64,000 bases of DNA from Anthoceros angustus (Eukaryota > Plantae > Anthocerotophyta). The DNA is taken from positions 1,550,001 through 1,614,000 of the forward strand of contig VJWM01000063.1 in the NCBI GenBank assembly GCA_010909165.1, read 5' to 3'. The position numbers and the translations under genes were made by a program. Positions 49,174-62,000 of this stretch are shown piece by piece (position 1 is the first letter of the stretch; each line of letters opens with the position of its first letter). The notes beneath the pieces were generated by a model that did no database searches, was not told the origin of the DNA, and saw only the letters and a list, made by a program, of their open reading frames with translations.

Positions 49174-50757
49174 TTAGTTTTTCAGTTGACCATGGACTCC
49201 TACTAGTCTTTGGTATGGAAGGTATCGCCGACCGGCGACCGCACTTCTCAGTGGATAGGTTGTGTGTTCCCCATGGACATAAACGGCTTAACCAAGTGCA
49301 GTATGGGCACACAAAATGACGGTACAACATGTAATTTGCGATTATGTTCCAAATCGCCAAAACCGTGTCTCTATTCGATGGACCTTATTTTTTAGGACAA
49401 CACATGATAAGACCGGCTCAGAAGACAAATGTTCAAACGCATCCACCGCCCGGCCCCACACTTTTTCTCAAGTTTTGGAGGAATGAATTCAAAGACAATA
49501 ATTTTTTGGCCACGTTCTTTCCGGTCCTCCGAAAAGTGGATGCCAAATTTCTTCAAAACCCGCAATAACGCATATGGTTTTCTCGGGACATGCTTTTTTT
49601 GATATGATGATGGAAAGTTTATCGCTTTTGCCCACCCATTTCAACGGAATCACCGATATTGCGCAGACTCTGTTCACAACTCTTCCTTGGCGCGATGCAT
49701 GACTAGTCATCAATTTTAACGAGATTGAGCTTCATGGAAAGCCGATCGCCATTGTAGCTATCGCCTCACATACAATCAAGTTTCATGCATTTAGTAAAAA
49801 TGGAAATGCAATTGCACTTTAACCGCCAAAGTTGTAGGAGACGGCAAACTCAACATTTAATTATCTCTAACAAAATGAAGCAACTAAATGCAAGGACGAA
49901 CCATAATACGGAAAAACATGTACGTTTTGCGCCTGCGTGGAGGAAGCTCGAACATATGGAAGGAAGGGACGCGGATGATGGCGCGTAAGATGTTGCATCC
50001 AAGGCGAGGACATTGAAACACTTGATGAACATGGTTCATGGAGTTCGATTAGTTAGTTTTTCGCTGACCATGGACTCCTACTAGTGCCGGACTGGAAGGT
50101 ATGACCGACCGACTTCGAGGATGTGGATAGGTTGTGTTCCCCATGGACATAAACTTAACCAAGTGCAGAGTATGGGCACAAAATGACGGTAACATGTAAT
50201 TTGCGATTATGTTCCAAATCGCCAAAACCGTGTCTCTATTCGATGGACCTTATTTTTTAGGACAACACATGATAAGACCGTAAGACAAATGTTCAAACGC
50301 ATCCACCGCCCGTCCCCATACACTTTTTCTCAAGTTTTGGAGGAATGAATTCAAAGACAATAATTTTTTGGCCACGTTCTTTTCCGGCCCCTCGAAAAGT
50401 GGATGCCAAATTTCTTCAAAACCCGCAATAACGTACATGGTTTTCTGGGACATGCCTTTTTTTGGATATGATGATGGGAAAGTTTACTGCCTTTTGCCCA
50501 GCAGCCCATTTCAACGGAATCCGCCGATATTGCGCAGACTCTGTTCACAACTCTTCCTTGGCGCGATGCATGACTAGTCATCAATTTTAACGAGATTGAG
50601 CTTCATGGAAAGCCGACCGTACCGGCCACAGAGCTATCGCCCTCACATACAATCTGAAGTTTCATGCATTTAGTAAAAAATGGAAATGCAATTGCACTTT
50701 AACTGCCAGGTTGTAGGAGACGGCAAACTCAACATTTAATTATCTCTAACAAAACAG
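48965..50757. repeat. ~0.9-kb tandem duplication (3' part of the element)
   Basis: TCTCTAACAAAA occurs at ~48970, ~49865 and ~50743 and bounds two collinear copies. Confidence 0.9.
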
Positions 50758-53700
50758 ATGATAGAGAATGATGTCCTAACATAGGCACTCAGCTCCGCTA
50801 AGCACCAAAAACATATAAGAAACATCAGACTAAAAGGATCATCCAAAGTTATAAGCAATGATCAACGAGAGAAGAGGAAGACTAACCTAATGTCCAAATC
50901 CTACTCGAGCGTGTTAAAGATAATGGGGCCTAGCATTAGGACACAATTCACATAAGTTAGATATGAATTGGTATGAGTGAAGCAATTACTACACATGTAA
51001 CCCTTTTGGGAGAGTATACTACTGGCCTACATCGCTAGACATTTTTAAAACCCATATTTCATTGGATATCCAAAACCGGATGTAATCAAGGTAAAAAGTT
51101 ACAATCGGGATGAGAGTTACCATCGAGACGAGAGTTACAACCCCAAAAGATTCGGAATGACTAACCCCAAAAAGGAAGGTTACATCAGGTAGCCGCGCCC
51201 GCAAGCCGACCAAGCGCAGCTAACTAACGAGTAAATCGGCAAATTATGCGGAATTTTGTTCACCTAGTACTAATGAAATGGCTAGATATTGTTCTCACAA
51301 ATATAAGGTTATCACAATCTGACAAACATGCGAACAGTTTTTTACTTCTTTGGCAGCAACTCTATGACGTTCAATGAGTCGACAAGAAGCTGCTCCACAT
51401 ATATATATGGCTTGATTAAACGAGCTCCACTATATTGGACAGAGCCAGTGTATCTGGGTGGACTTTGGGGTGGAGGGGTCCTCGGGATCTAAAGCAATCA
51501 GCACGATCTCATAATTCCGGGCCCAGGCAGAAAATATTATATGAGCCAGAAATGATAAGGCGCAATATTTTATCGGCGAAAAAGGGTCCCAATCAACGGG
51601 ACGGAGCAGCGGCGGATTCGGCACACGGAACGGGCGGGCCCGGGGTCTTAAAAGGCCAGGAGCACGCGGAACGAGTCCACCGCCTCGGTGGCCCGGCCCC
51701 GTTCGCATTTTCTATTCTCAGATTTTGCATTTGGTGTCAGATATTTCCGCGCTTCTCAAAAACGCTAAAAGCTGGCCAGAAAACCAAGCTTGCTTCTTCC
51801 ATTTTCTAGTCGTGTGTCATAAGTTATATGCTTTTGCAGGACGGGCAGTGCGGCCAAGTGCGGCTTCTGGGAGCTCGCAGCCCAGCATCTGTGGTACATA
51901 CACATGTAGATATGTCTGCAGGAAATTGTTGCTTTTGCTGCACACGATAGTACCGCAGTTGACTACAAATTCTGCTTTCTTTTCTGCACTGGCAATTTCC
52001 AGAATCTTTCTAACATTACCTGGTCTGTCAGGCAGCTCCCTATCACATATCTCACACCTCGGAGCTCGCACGGCCGTCATCAATGGGACACGACTATTGA
52101 AGGAGTTTGCTGTAGAGTTCAAAGCCGGAGACCGTTCAGTTCGGCAGGTGGCCGAGTTCCAATGCAGATTGTAAGCTCCTTTTAAGGGGGTACATAGTGT
52201 AGATGGTGTGCAACAGACTTCACTGTAGCACTGCTTGTCTGTGGGGTCATAGCAACAGGGTAACTGCTGTAGGCAAGAGCTTCAACCCTTTACAATGTCG
52301 GGTTCTGTGATTTGGCTGTATCTGGATCAAGGTATTGAGGTAATCAGCCATGCAAGAGACTGTGCCTGGACAGGGGCACCATGCTGGAGATCTTGCTACA
52401 GTACTGCCCGTCGGGTTCTAACTTCTTGGCATGACTCTTGGCATAATCTCCTGCACATGTCACCGTGAGCAAGAACCTTCCGTTCAGTTACTGGAAGTAC
52501 ATAGCCGCTTCAAATGTATCTGATACCTGGATCAGCTTTTGTCATTTGCAAGCAAGAAACCGTGCGTTTTGTGACTGGCCAATGTGCCCGCTTCAAAAGT
52601 TTCCGGATCAGATTCTGCCATTGTGAGCAAGCACCTTTGCTTTGAACGACAGGATGTAGCTGCTTCAATTGTTCCGGAAGCAACCTGATCCATCACTCGC
52701 GACGACAAAAACAAACCGGAAGCATATAAGCCAGGGGCGTTGTCCGTGCTAGCCTTTCACCAACAACTTCTGTCCACAGATGGAGGCATTCACCATCCTG
52801 AGCCATACATGAATGCATGAATATATATATATTAAAAACCTGGATTTCACACAACAACAAAACATGTCCATGTTAGGATTCTAGGAAGAAAAGAGCCATG
52901 TCGAGTCCGACTACATATGTACATAAATCCCCTGGAAGAAGGAAACATCAGGGACACATGCTGCAAAGCAGTTGGAGGCCAAGTGCGGACACGGCATGCC
53001 GCTGCCGCTGCCGCTGCCACTGCCGCAGTCACACATACTGTATAAAAATACGCAGGGAGCAAAGCCTCAAATCCTGCAACAACTCCTTCGCAAAGGACAA
53101 GCCCGGAAGATGCTTGGCACCGGTTCTGAACTGGCCTCATTAACGCCTCCCGTTAAACTCCACTTCCCAGTCAGACGCTACAGAAACAAGCGCACAGACA
53201 GAGCAACCGGGAGAGACGTCACGGGACGTGATGAGCAGACTGTTAGGCAGGCAGGCGGCCAGCTAATCTCCCTGACAGCGGACAAATCCCTTGTGCCGGA
53301 ACCGGCAAATGGAAGCGACAAAGCACAGTCTGCTCCATCCGCAGCGGCAGTGGCAAACACTGTGCACATCCATTAAAAAAAACCTCCGAAAACATCGTAT
53401 CACTGTCCAGTAAAACACAATCCAATCCATCTCTGCCTTCTCTTCGCCCGTCATGCAGCATGCTCTCTGCAATCTGCATCGCCGATGCCGCGCTCCGCTC
53501 GGCCCCACAGCCTGCCTGGCTCCACGATGTGCCGCATTAACCAGGCGCGGCGGGTGTCAGACGCTGTCACTCTTCAACCACGGCAAGTGCAGCCTCTCCC
53601 GGCAAGTGGAAAGCAGCACTGCAGCGGCAGCAGGCCATGAGTCGATGATGAGGCAAGCAAACTCCATCAATACAAACCGCGAGTGCGCTCCCGACGAGCC

Positions 53701-55683
53701 ACGTGAAGCTCCCAGCCCCGCCGCGGCCGCCAAATCTGGCGACACAGCCTTCCTTCCTTTCATCAACCCTTCCTTCTCCTGCCATCCCGTCTCCGCCGAC
53801 CCTGCCGTCGGACCGTCACCGCTGTCGTCGGCCATGTTCTCGGCTCCGAATGCGGAACCCGCTCCGGTGTGAACCCGGACAGGATTACCTCCGATTTAGC
53901 CTGCCCGGACCGGGTGCAGCCCGAATTCAGGGCTGCCCGGCCCGGAATTTAAATGAGACGGCGTGACGTGGGCCGGGGCGACGTGGGGGCGTCACGCGTG
54001 CGCGGCGCAGCCCCCAAACGCTTAAATGCGCTCGTACGTTCACACACTTGAAGGCAACAATTGAAGGCAACAACTGAAGGGAACAGTTCACCTCGAAGGA
54101 GAAGCAGGAATTGCAGATGCGCGCGGTATATTTGTTATGTAAGCGGAGCCGGGGCCGCGGGCGCGCTGGGCAGCCTGCGCCCCTGCGCCTGCGCGGCGCG
54201 ACGCGTGCCGATGGCCAATCGATTGCTCCTCATGTCCAAATGCTCCCGCAGAGGCGGCCTGGCAGGGAATAGAGAGAATGAGGCATTCAAGTTTAGAAAT
54301 TGAATGCGCAGGCAGCCCTGCGCATTCCTCTAATAAACGCCCTGAATAGCATCGCTCGCGTCTCACAGGAATCGCGGGAACCGGACGCCCATGAATTTGC
54401 GGGAGGGAAGTGGGAGCTTCATGGCCGGGCCCGGATGGAACTGGGCAGCCCTCGGACGTGCAATGCTAACGGCCTGTCAGATTCGCACATAAATGCCGTT
54501 CTTGATATCATCGTGACACTGGTAGCGCATTTACCCCGTTCGATGCATTGCTGTTGCTGCTGCTGCTGCTGTGCAGTCGCCACACAATTCAAGGAAGGGC
54601 TCCGAGTCCTGCTCATAATGTGTCATGTGAGGAAAACAGTATACAAGTGATTCAATGGGTATACAATACAATTCTGTGAGCTGACAGCCGGGAAGGGAAT
54701 GTTAGCAGAGGGAGCAGGGGAGGAGGGGAAAGGAAGGATAGTGCTGATGGTTGTTGTGAAGATGCCGCAGGGCAGGGCAGCAATTGCAGTGAGTGATGTA
54801 CGAAGAGGAAGGGAAATAAAGGGGTGCCCGTTGGGGCTGGAAGTGCGGGGAAAGGGGGATATGAATTTGGTTCCTGTGCAACCACTTGACCTGTGAAAGC
54901 CATAAATGTGAAGCGAGCATGAGTCATCAGGTAATGGGACCACTTGTGTGCATGTGTTGTGCTGTACAGATAGCCAGGAAACGAGCCAAGGCCTCTCTTC
55001 AAATCAGGGACACAGGACGCCGGATGTGGACTACATACCCATCCTGCTTCTCCCTTTCCATTCCGACTCATAGACATGAAATGAAGGAAGCATGATGAGA
55101 GCACACCAATTGCTGCTTCTGCCCTTCCGTTCCACCCCCATAAATGAAGCAACTGTACAGAAAATGAAACAAGGACGGCGGATTGCAAATACCGCAAAGA
55201 GGGCCAGTTCCTTTCTTTGATGGAAGTGAAGCTCTTTCGTGGTTGTGTGACTTGTTTGTTATGTCACTCTTGGCACGAGAGAGGGCAAACATGGGGATAC
55301 GTAGCACAGTCCTAACAAGCGGAATGGGAGCTAGTATTACAAAGAAGAGGAATCGTAGTGCAGTCATCATACAGCATCCGACATCAGCAGCCTAGCATGG
55401 CAGGCTGGTAGATGAGAGGTGGGCAACTGCAATCACCGACTGTCTCAGTGTATTATCTCTTGCCAGGAGCATATCTACAAGTCCTCCATGGCAAGGGTAC
55501 AAAAACTTCGAGAGCTTGCTTCAACAGCCTTGAGCCTCGAGCTAAGAGCCTACTTCGTTGCTTGATGATGATAGTCTGTCATCGCTTTCGAGCGAGCTTC
55601 TCCACCACACCACCAAAGCACAATCCTTCAAGAACTTTCGGCCACCACACTGCACCACGAATGTACCTTGATGGCCACAGCCA

Positions 55684-57369
55684 TCATAGGGCCATCACCT
55701 CGAGCTTGGGCTTCTTGTTGGAGGCAGGCGAAGACGAGAAGTCGAGCAGCACGGAGTTGTGGCACCTTGGGCACTGCGTCTCCTCCTTGGACAGCATCAC
55801 GTAGATGAAACAGTTCTTGCAGCACTTGAGCGTCACCGGCGGCGGCGGCGGCGGGGACGAGCCGAGCCCCAGCCCCAGGTCGTGCGCAGCAGACGAAGGA
55901 TGGCTCGGGGACGACGACACGTTGCTGCTGGAGGAGACGCAATTCGCGTTCGCCCCTGGGGAGGAAACGCGGTAGGTGCAGGCTGCGGCGGCTCCCACAT
56001 TCTTGGAAGAGCCCGACCCCCGCTTCCTGCTGCTCCTGCCCGCAGCAGCCCCGTCGGAGAGGTCGTGGGAAACGGAGGGCGGCGTGGAGGAGGAGGCGGA
56101 GGCGGAGGCCGAGGAGGAGGAATCTGAAGGCGACGCCGGCTGCAGTGATCTGGACCAGCCCGGAAGCGCATGCTGCTGCTGCTGCTGATGCTGATGCTGA
56201 AGGAGTCTGTTGCCGAACATCTTATTCCCCGAGGAGGTGGTGCGGAACAAGGCTTCCCGCACCTTCTCCATGCTGGTGCACACGCTAGCGCTCTTGCCGG
56301 CGTCCTTGAAGGGAAAGGGGTCGGCTCCGCAGCTGCTGAGCTTGAGATCCAGATGGGAGCCCGCTGCCATGACCATGGCGGAGTCGACAGGGCCGTTGCT
56401 GCTGTCCCTCCTGAAGCGTGACTCCGTGTGTTGATGGTGGAGGTGGTGATGCTGCTGCAAGGGATTCCGCTCCGAGAATCCCCTGGCGGCGGCAGCCCAG
56501 TGCTCCAGCGCCCAGGGAGCAGGAGGCGGCGCCGCCTCCGCCATCTCCGTGGACAGGCAGGAGCCCAGACACAGACCCGAGCCGGCGCTGCCATCGATGG
56601 TCGCCCGAGGGGACGGGGACGGGGAGGCGGAGGGAGATGCCGCCTTGCTGCTGGCGAAGAAATTCACCGCCGGGGGCGGGGTGGTTGCCGGGCCCGGGGA
56701 ATCCGAGCTCCCATCCGCGTCGTGCGAGCTGGGCGTGGCCGGCTGCACGTGCTGCTTCTGGCGAAGATCCACGTACGTCTTGGACCCGGTGCTGCGATTC
56801 TGGAAGAAGACCGCCCCGGACTGCACTCACAGCAACGACAGATGAGGCCCCGCACATTCCTGTAGGCGCATTGCGCGGAAACGAGGCAATGCAAGCTTGT
56901 TGCAAGAGGAGAAGAAGGGAGAAGAAGGTAATCTTACCCGCAGGTCGAGGCACTTCTCCCAGCCGGCAGGGACGAGCCAATTCGGCTCCAGCTCCAGAAA
57001 CCCCGCCTGCACCTGCTGCTGCTGTTGTCGTTGTTGTTGTTCCAGCTGCTGCTGGAGCTGCGTTGCCGGGGAGATGCCCAGCAGGTCCAGCGTCTCCGGG
57101 ACCGGGACAGGGACTTGGCCGAGCATGAGCTGCACCGCCTTGTGCAGGTCCTGGCCCCACCCGCGCTTCTTGCTGCCAGGGAGCAGCTGCAGATGCTGGG
57201 CCGCGGCCGCCTCCGGCAGCACGTCGCTGCACGCGCCCGAGGTGGAGCTGGAATCCGCCGACTTGCCGCTGCCGCTGTTGCTGCTGCTCTGGTGCTGCGT
57301 CTGGGCTGCCACAAATTCCTTGCCCATGCTCCGCCACCCGCTGCCCCCCAGCTCCATCACCACAGCCAT
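55684..57369 (-). CDS. CFL1: CURLY FLAG LEAF 1-like transcriptional regulator (WW domain, EAR motif, GIR1-type zinc ribbon), 522 aa
   Basis: Exons 57369-56938 and 56820-55684 (phase 0). WW: VPAGWEKCLDLR|SGAVFFQNRSTGSKTY; EAR: HLDLKL; C-terminus LKCCKNCFIYVMLSKEETQCPRCHNSVLLDF. Confidence 0.9.
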
Positions 57370-57386
57370 TCCACCCCCCCTCCTCT

Positions 57387-57722
57387 ACCGCCCAACAAAA
57401 CCTCTGTCGCCCAACAAAGCCTCAGCTATCGCCCAACAAAGCCTCAGCTGTCGCCCAACAAAGCCTCAGCTATCGCCCCACAAAGCCTCAGCTATCGCCC
57501 CACAAAGCCCCAGCTATCGCCCAACAAAGCCTCAGCAATCGCCCAACGAAGCCTCAGCTCTCGCCCACCAAAGCCTCAGCTCTCGCCCAACAAAACCTCC
57601 ACCGCCCACAAAACGAAACCTCTATCGCCCAACAAGACAAAAACCTCCTAGACTAGCGCCCAACAAAACCGGTACCGCCCACAAAAATCTCTGACGCCCA
57701 GCAAACGCAATACCGCCCAACC
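57387..57722. repeat. 22-bp minisatellite just upstream of the CFL1-like ATG
   Basis: About 9 well-conserved TATCGCCCAACAAAGCCTCAGC units plus degenerate CGCCCA(A)C copies. Confidence 0.92.
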
Positions 57723-57838
57723 AGCTCTCCCCGCCCCGGGCCCCGGGAGTCTGCTACTCTATGCAAGGCAAGGAAGTCGCGCAATCCGGCTGACGGAAGA
57801 AGCACATGACAGCCCCGGCACATAAGTTTCCGCCGCGA

Positions 57839-58316
57839 GAAAGCAAGCAAGCAAGCAAGCCAAGCCAAGCCTCCACGAGATAGCGCCCGGCGGAGGGAAA
57901 GGAAAGCAAGGCAAGGCAAGGCAAGGCAAGGCAAAGGCGCTTCCAAGGCGGAAGCGGGGAGGAGGAGAAGGGGGGATCTTAAAACGGTGGGCGGGGCTCC
58001 CTTCCTACGACAACACACACACCACCACCACCATAAACCACACCACGCACTCACTCGTTCACGCCCCACAGCCTCCAGCCGAACCCGAGCTGACCATCCC
58101 TTATGTACAGTACGCGCGAGACTGTGACCCGGTCGTCAGGAGTGAATTTTTTTTCTCCTCCTTCCAACCTGGCGCTGCCTGACGTCAATGCCATTAATGC
58201 AAATTCCCACAATGTGAACGCAGCCGCAGGCAGCACTTGGAAGTCTCACAGTTCCGCGAGTCAAGCGACCACCTGCCTGGCCTGGCCTGGCCTGGCCTGG
58301 CCTGGCCTGGCCTGCC
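57839..58316. repeat. Simple repeats (AAGC)n, (AAGGC)n, (CAC)n and (CCTGG)n in the CFL1 upstream region
   Basis: Read directly at ~57842, ~57907, ~58020 and ~58274. Confidence 0.85.
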
Positions 58317-59064
58317 TGGAGCTTTCCGCCTGGCAGCCGCTGCCCGCCTGATTAAATTCCCCCGTGTAAACCCGACTTCCAACTCCCGTCGCAAGAAACG
58401 TTTTTACTAGCGCGGCTCGGACGCCTGCCTTGGCCATGGCACGTTGCTGGCGGCACATTTTTCAGTTTCACGCCGTCTCCTCGCCCCTGTACGTATGCGA
58501 TACCAGGGCACGTACAAATACAGCCCGGCATTCATTGCGCGCCGGATTCACCTTCTGCTCTTCCGCCATTAACTCCTGCTTTTCACCTCCTGGCAGCTCA
58601 TGGCTCCGCCTTTTTCATCATTTCCGCTTATCCTTTTCCTTTCCCACCTCCGCCCCCATTTATGGACGTCTTCCTTCTTTTCTCCTCTGGCCATGTTGCT
58701 TTCTGGATCGACACATGTAGCAGGCCCTCCTCCACCAACCTCACCTACTGAATGCTGCGTAAAACCTGGCCCAAATTGAAGTGCACTTACTCGCACTTAC
58801 TCTTCCTTCTTCAAGGCTCACCGCCGACCTCCACATCAAGCCACATTTCTATAATCACAATCACAAAAAGCTCCTTCCCCGATCCCCCTTTCCCGGGCTT
58901 CATTCACTCTCTTCCGTGTCTAGCAGTCTTCTTGCTTAGCCTGCAATTGAGTGCTGGTCCTTGAGGTGTGACCATATCGGAACCAGAGATTTGACCTCTG
59001 CTTTGAGGTGTAACTATTCACGACTGGGTTGAGGTGGAACTCTATTTGGAAGAGAGTTTTCACA

Positions 59065-62000
59065 ATGCCGGCAGCAATGGGTCTCTCGGATGCCGAGATG
59101 GATGAGTTCAATCAAGTCACGTATGATTTTCTTCATGTTTGTCTCAAAGTTCAGAGTTCACCTCACATGAAGTTTGATGACAAGACCATGTACCAACCTG
59201 CTCTACTAATGTGGTTGGCTCTTGTAGCTATGAGAAAATCAAGGCTATGACGAATATTTCAAAACTCAAGCGTCTCGAGAAATACATGAGGTGCTAGAAT
59301 TGGTCTTGGCTGCAATTTACTCATTATTCATGTTGTGGAAAGCAACTTGATGCTAATTTGCCTCCTTTTTTGTTCTAGAGATGAGGGATTTCCGCAAACA
59401 GCGGACATGGCAAGACAAGTTATTGTAGAAAGAGGCGGGAAAGTGGATCAGCCTAAGGATAATGAATCCTAGTACGTCATCATCTCGTCACCTTGCATCA
59501 ATTTATAACCTTTATGTATTGTTGTGATACTCATCTCAGCTTATTCATGTCCAAATACAGTTATGAAAACCTTGATGCCGATTTTGATGCATTTCTTAGC
59601 AACATCCATACATGGCAGGTAGAATTAACAACATTTTCATTTTTTTCCATTCCATGCATTATAGATTAGTTTTCTACTGTAGATAGAATATTTATTTGGA
59701 ATGTTATTGTAGAGCTCAATTAAAACCACAGATCAAAAGCTACAAGGTTTGAGAGATGATAATCCTCCTCAAAACAATGGTAAGGCTTTCATTATGGACT
59801 AAGACTTCATATATTTTTATTCAAGAAATATAGCATTGCATGACATTGTGCTTCCGCATTGCATACACCCAATGTGATTGATGAAATATATTCTACCAGA
59901 GCAGTTACAAAATATTTCCAAGGAAGCAAATCCACTCATTCCACTAGTGCGCAAGTCCAAAAATAGATCCAAACAATCTAGAACAAGTATGTCACACCAA
60001 GCTGGAAGCATAAAAAAACAGAATAAAAAGGATGTTCGTAGTGGGAAAGAATACTATGAACAATGGGATAAATATGTGAGAGAATGTGAAAAGGTTAGCG
60101 ACAATTTTAATTAGCACACAATAAGGATACTACACCGATATAGTATCATAATTGAAAGAACTAATGTATGTTTTAAGGAAGGTGACGATCAAAAGACCAA
60201 AGAACAAGATAATACTTCAAGTAATAGCCAGAATATTGAGAGTAAGCACAAAAAGTATGTTGATCAATCACTCTCTTGATGTAGCGTTATTAGAGTTGAA
60301 GCTTTATTGGCACAAGAATAAAGAAACTCACAATCCACATTGATATCATTTTATTGATTTATAAAAATTAACGTTTGTGATGTCTTGTAGATTATTGCTG
60401 TTTGCTCAAACAAGATCAGCTATAGAAAGAGAATGGTTTGGGGCACGAGAACGTGAAAAGGGAAATGATCTCTTCAAGGTTAGATAATTTTTTCTCAAGG
60501 AATCAACTCATATTATTTTATATATATATATATACTGTATATATATATATTGTATCTCTCTTGATCTATATTTCATCCAAGATCAAATGTTAAGGCTATA
60601 TGATACAGGCAAAAGAATATGTTGCAAGCATAGATGCATATACTTTTGCAATTGATTTATTTTCGGGTTCCGCATCATCTTATTCAAATCGTGCAGCTGC
60701 CTACCTAAAGGTAAAATATGGATATGTAAATGATTGTATGCGATCTTTTGAGATAAAAGAGAGAGTGTTAAGTGTGGTGTAATTTATTAAAATTAAAGTT
60801 CATGTGATATTTTTCTTTCTTTTTTACTTTTGTATGTCTATTAGGTAAACAGATGGGATGAGGCTCATAAGGATTGTTGCAGAGCCCTTGAGATCGATCC
60901 TTCTTATTTAAAGGTTATTCACCTCATGATCATGACCATAATTATGTCATAATTGAAAGGGTTTATGTGATCAATATATTTTTATAGGCTTAAAATCTAT
61001 ACTTTCATGCACTTAAAATCAATGGTGGTTGTTCTAGGCTCTGATGCGTCGTGGAGTGGCAAGTTTGCAATTAGACCACCCTAAGCAAGCATTAGAAGGT
61101 AATATTATATCTCAATTTTGTTTCAAAGTCGTTGTGAATTTTCATTCTATGGCCTAAAGTTTATCTACATTTCTAGATTTTGAGTCCGCAATACTACTTG
61201 ATTCTTCCAACTCTGAGCTGATACATCTAAGGGATGATGCAAAAAGAGCTATTGAAAAACTTGAACAACATAAAATTATTTCATCTGATAATAACCAGGA
61301 TAGAACTAAATCCACTACTCCCATTATAAAGAAAAAACGTTTAGTTATTGAAGAAGTAGAAGAACTTCCTGGAAATAAAAGTTTGTTTGAAGAAGTTATC
61401 AAAAGTCATAACACTGCAGATGCAACTACAGAGCTCAATGACATTGTCGTGCCACAACATGCTTCATCAATTAATTGTACCAAAAAACCAGTAGTTCCAA
61501 ACACAATTTGCAGTTCCCTAATTACTGAGCTTCCAAATGAGAGCCAAGAATCCAAAAATGAAGATGCTTGTGAAAAAACAAATGAATTGAAGACAGACGG
61601 CATTCAAAATGTATTGGATATAACCAATGATGATATAGTGGAGTTTCATAACGTATCTGAAGGTGTAGGAGGTTTATTAGCAGATGAATGGAGGATCAAG
61701 GGAAACAAGTCTTTGTCTGTTGGAGATGTAAAACGAGCTGAAGAATGTTATGCAATAAGCCTAAAATATGATTCAAACAATATTGCAACATTATCCAATC
61801 AAGCTGCATGTTATCTAAGACTAGAAAGATACCAAGAAGCAGAAGATGTTGCCTCAAAAGCAATTGACATCGACCCAACATTCATGAAAGGATATTATCG
61901 TCGTGGTTGTATACGACAAAAATTCGGAAAATTAGAGGAAGCGCAACAAGACTTCATGGTATGTTGCTATATTAAAAAGATATTTTTATTCTAACTAAAT

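Larger units (their letters stand above)
34700..50760. mobile_element. Large degenerate or mis-assembled DNA transposon (Sola-like) carrying ParB and DNA amino-methyltransferase cargo; ends approximate
   Basis: Block of non-host-like coding fragments between AT-rich flanks, with a + strand transposase and a - strand ParB-MTase. Termini and TSD could not be identified. Confidence 0.7.

Noticed and set aside
34700-50760. Bacterial or phage contamination as the source of the ParB-MTase
   Set aside because: The segment has spliceosomal-type GTAAG donors, is paired with a eukaryotic-type transposase and is contiguous with plant genes. A chimeric join still needs read-level exclusion.
34690-51240. 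Terminal inverted repeats (GGTTACCTGA / CGGCTACC near 34690-34790 versus GTAGCCGCG / GGTTACATCAGG near 51180-51200)
   Set aside because: Only 8-10-nt partial matches, with no convincing TIR pair or TSD by eye.
55759-57694. Overlapping ORFs 56285-57337, 56418-57128 and 56897-57694
   Set aside because: Alternative frames of the GC-rich CFL1-like gene and the adjacent minisatellite.
27085-57722. CRISPR-like interpretation of the 22-, 30-, 45-48- and 49-bp arrays
   Set aside because: Units are head-to-tail without unique spacers, no cas genes are present and the context is eukaryotic.
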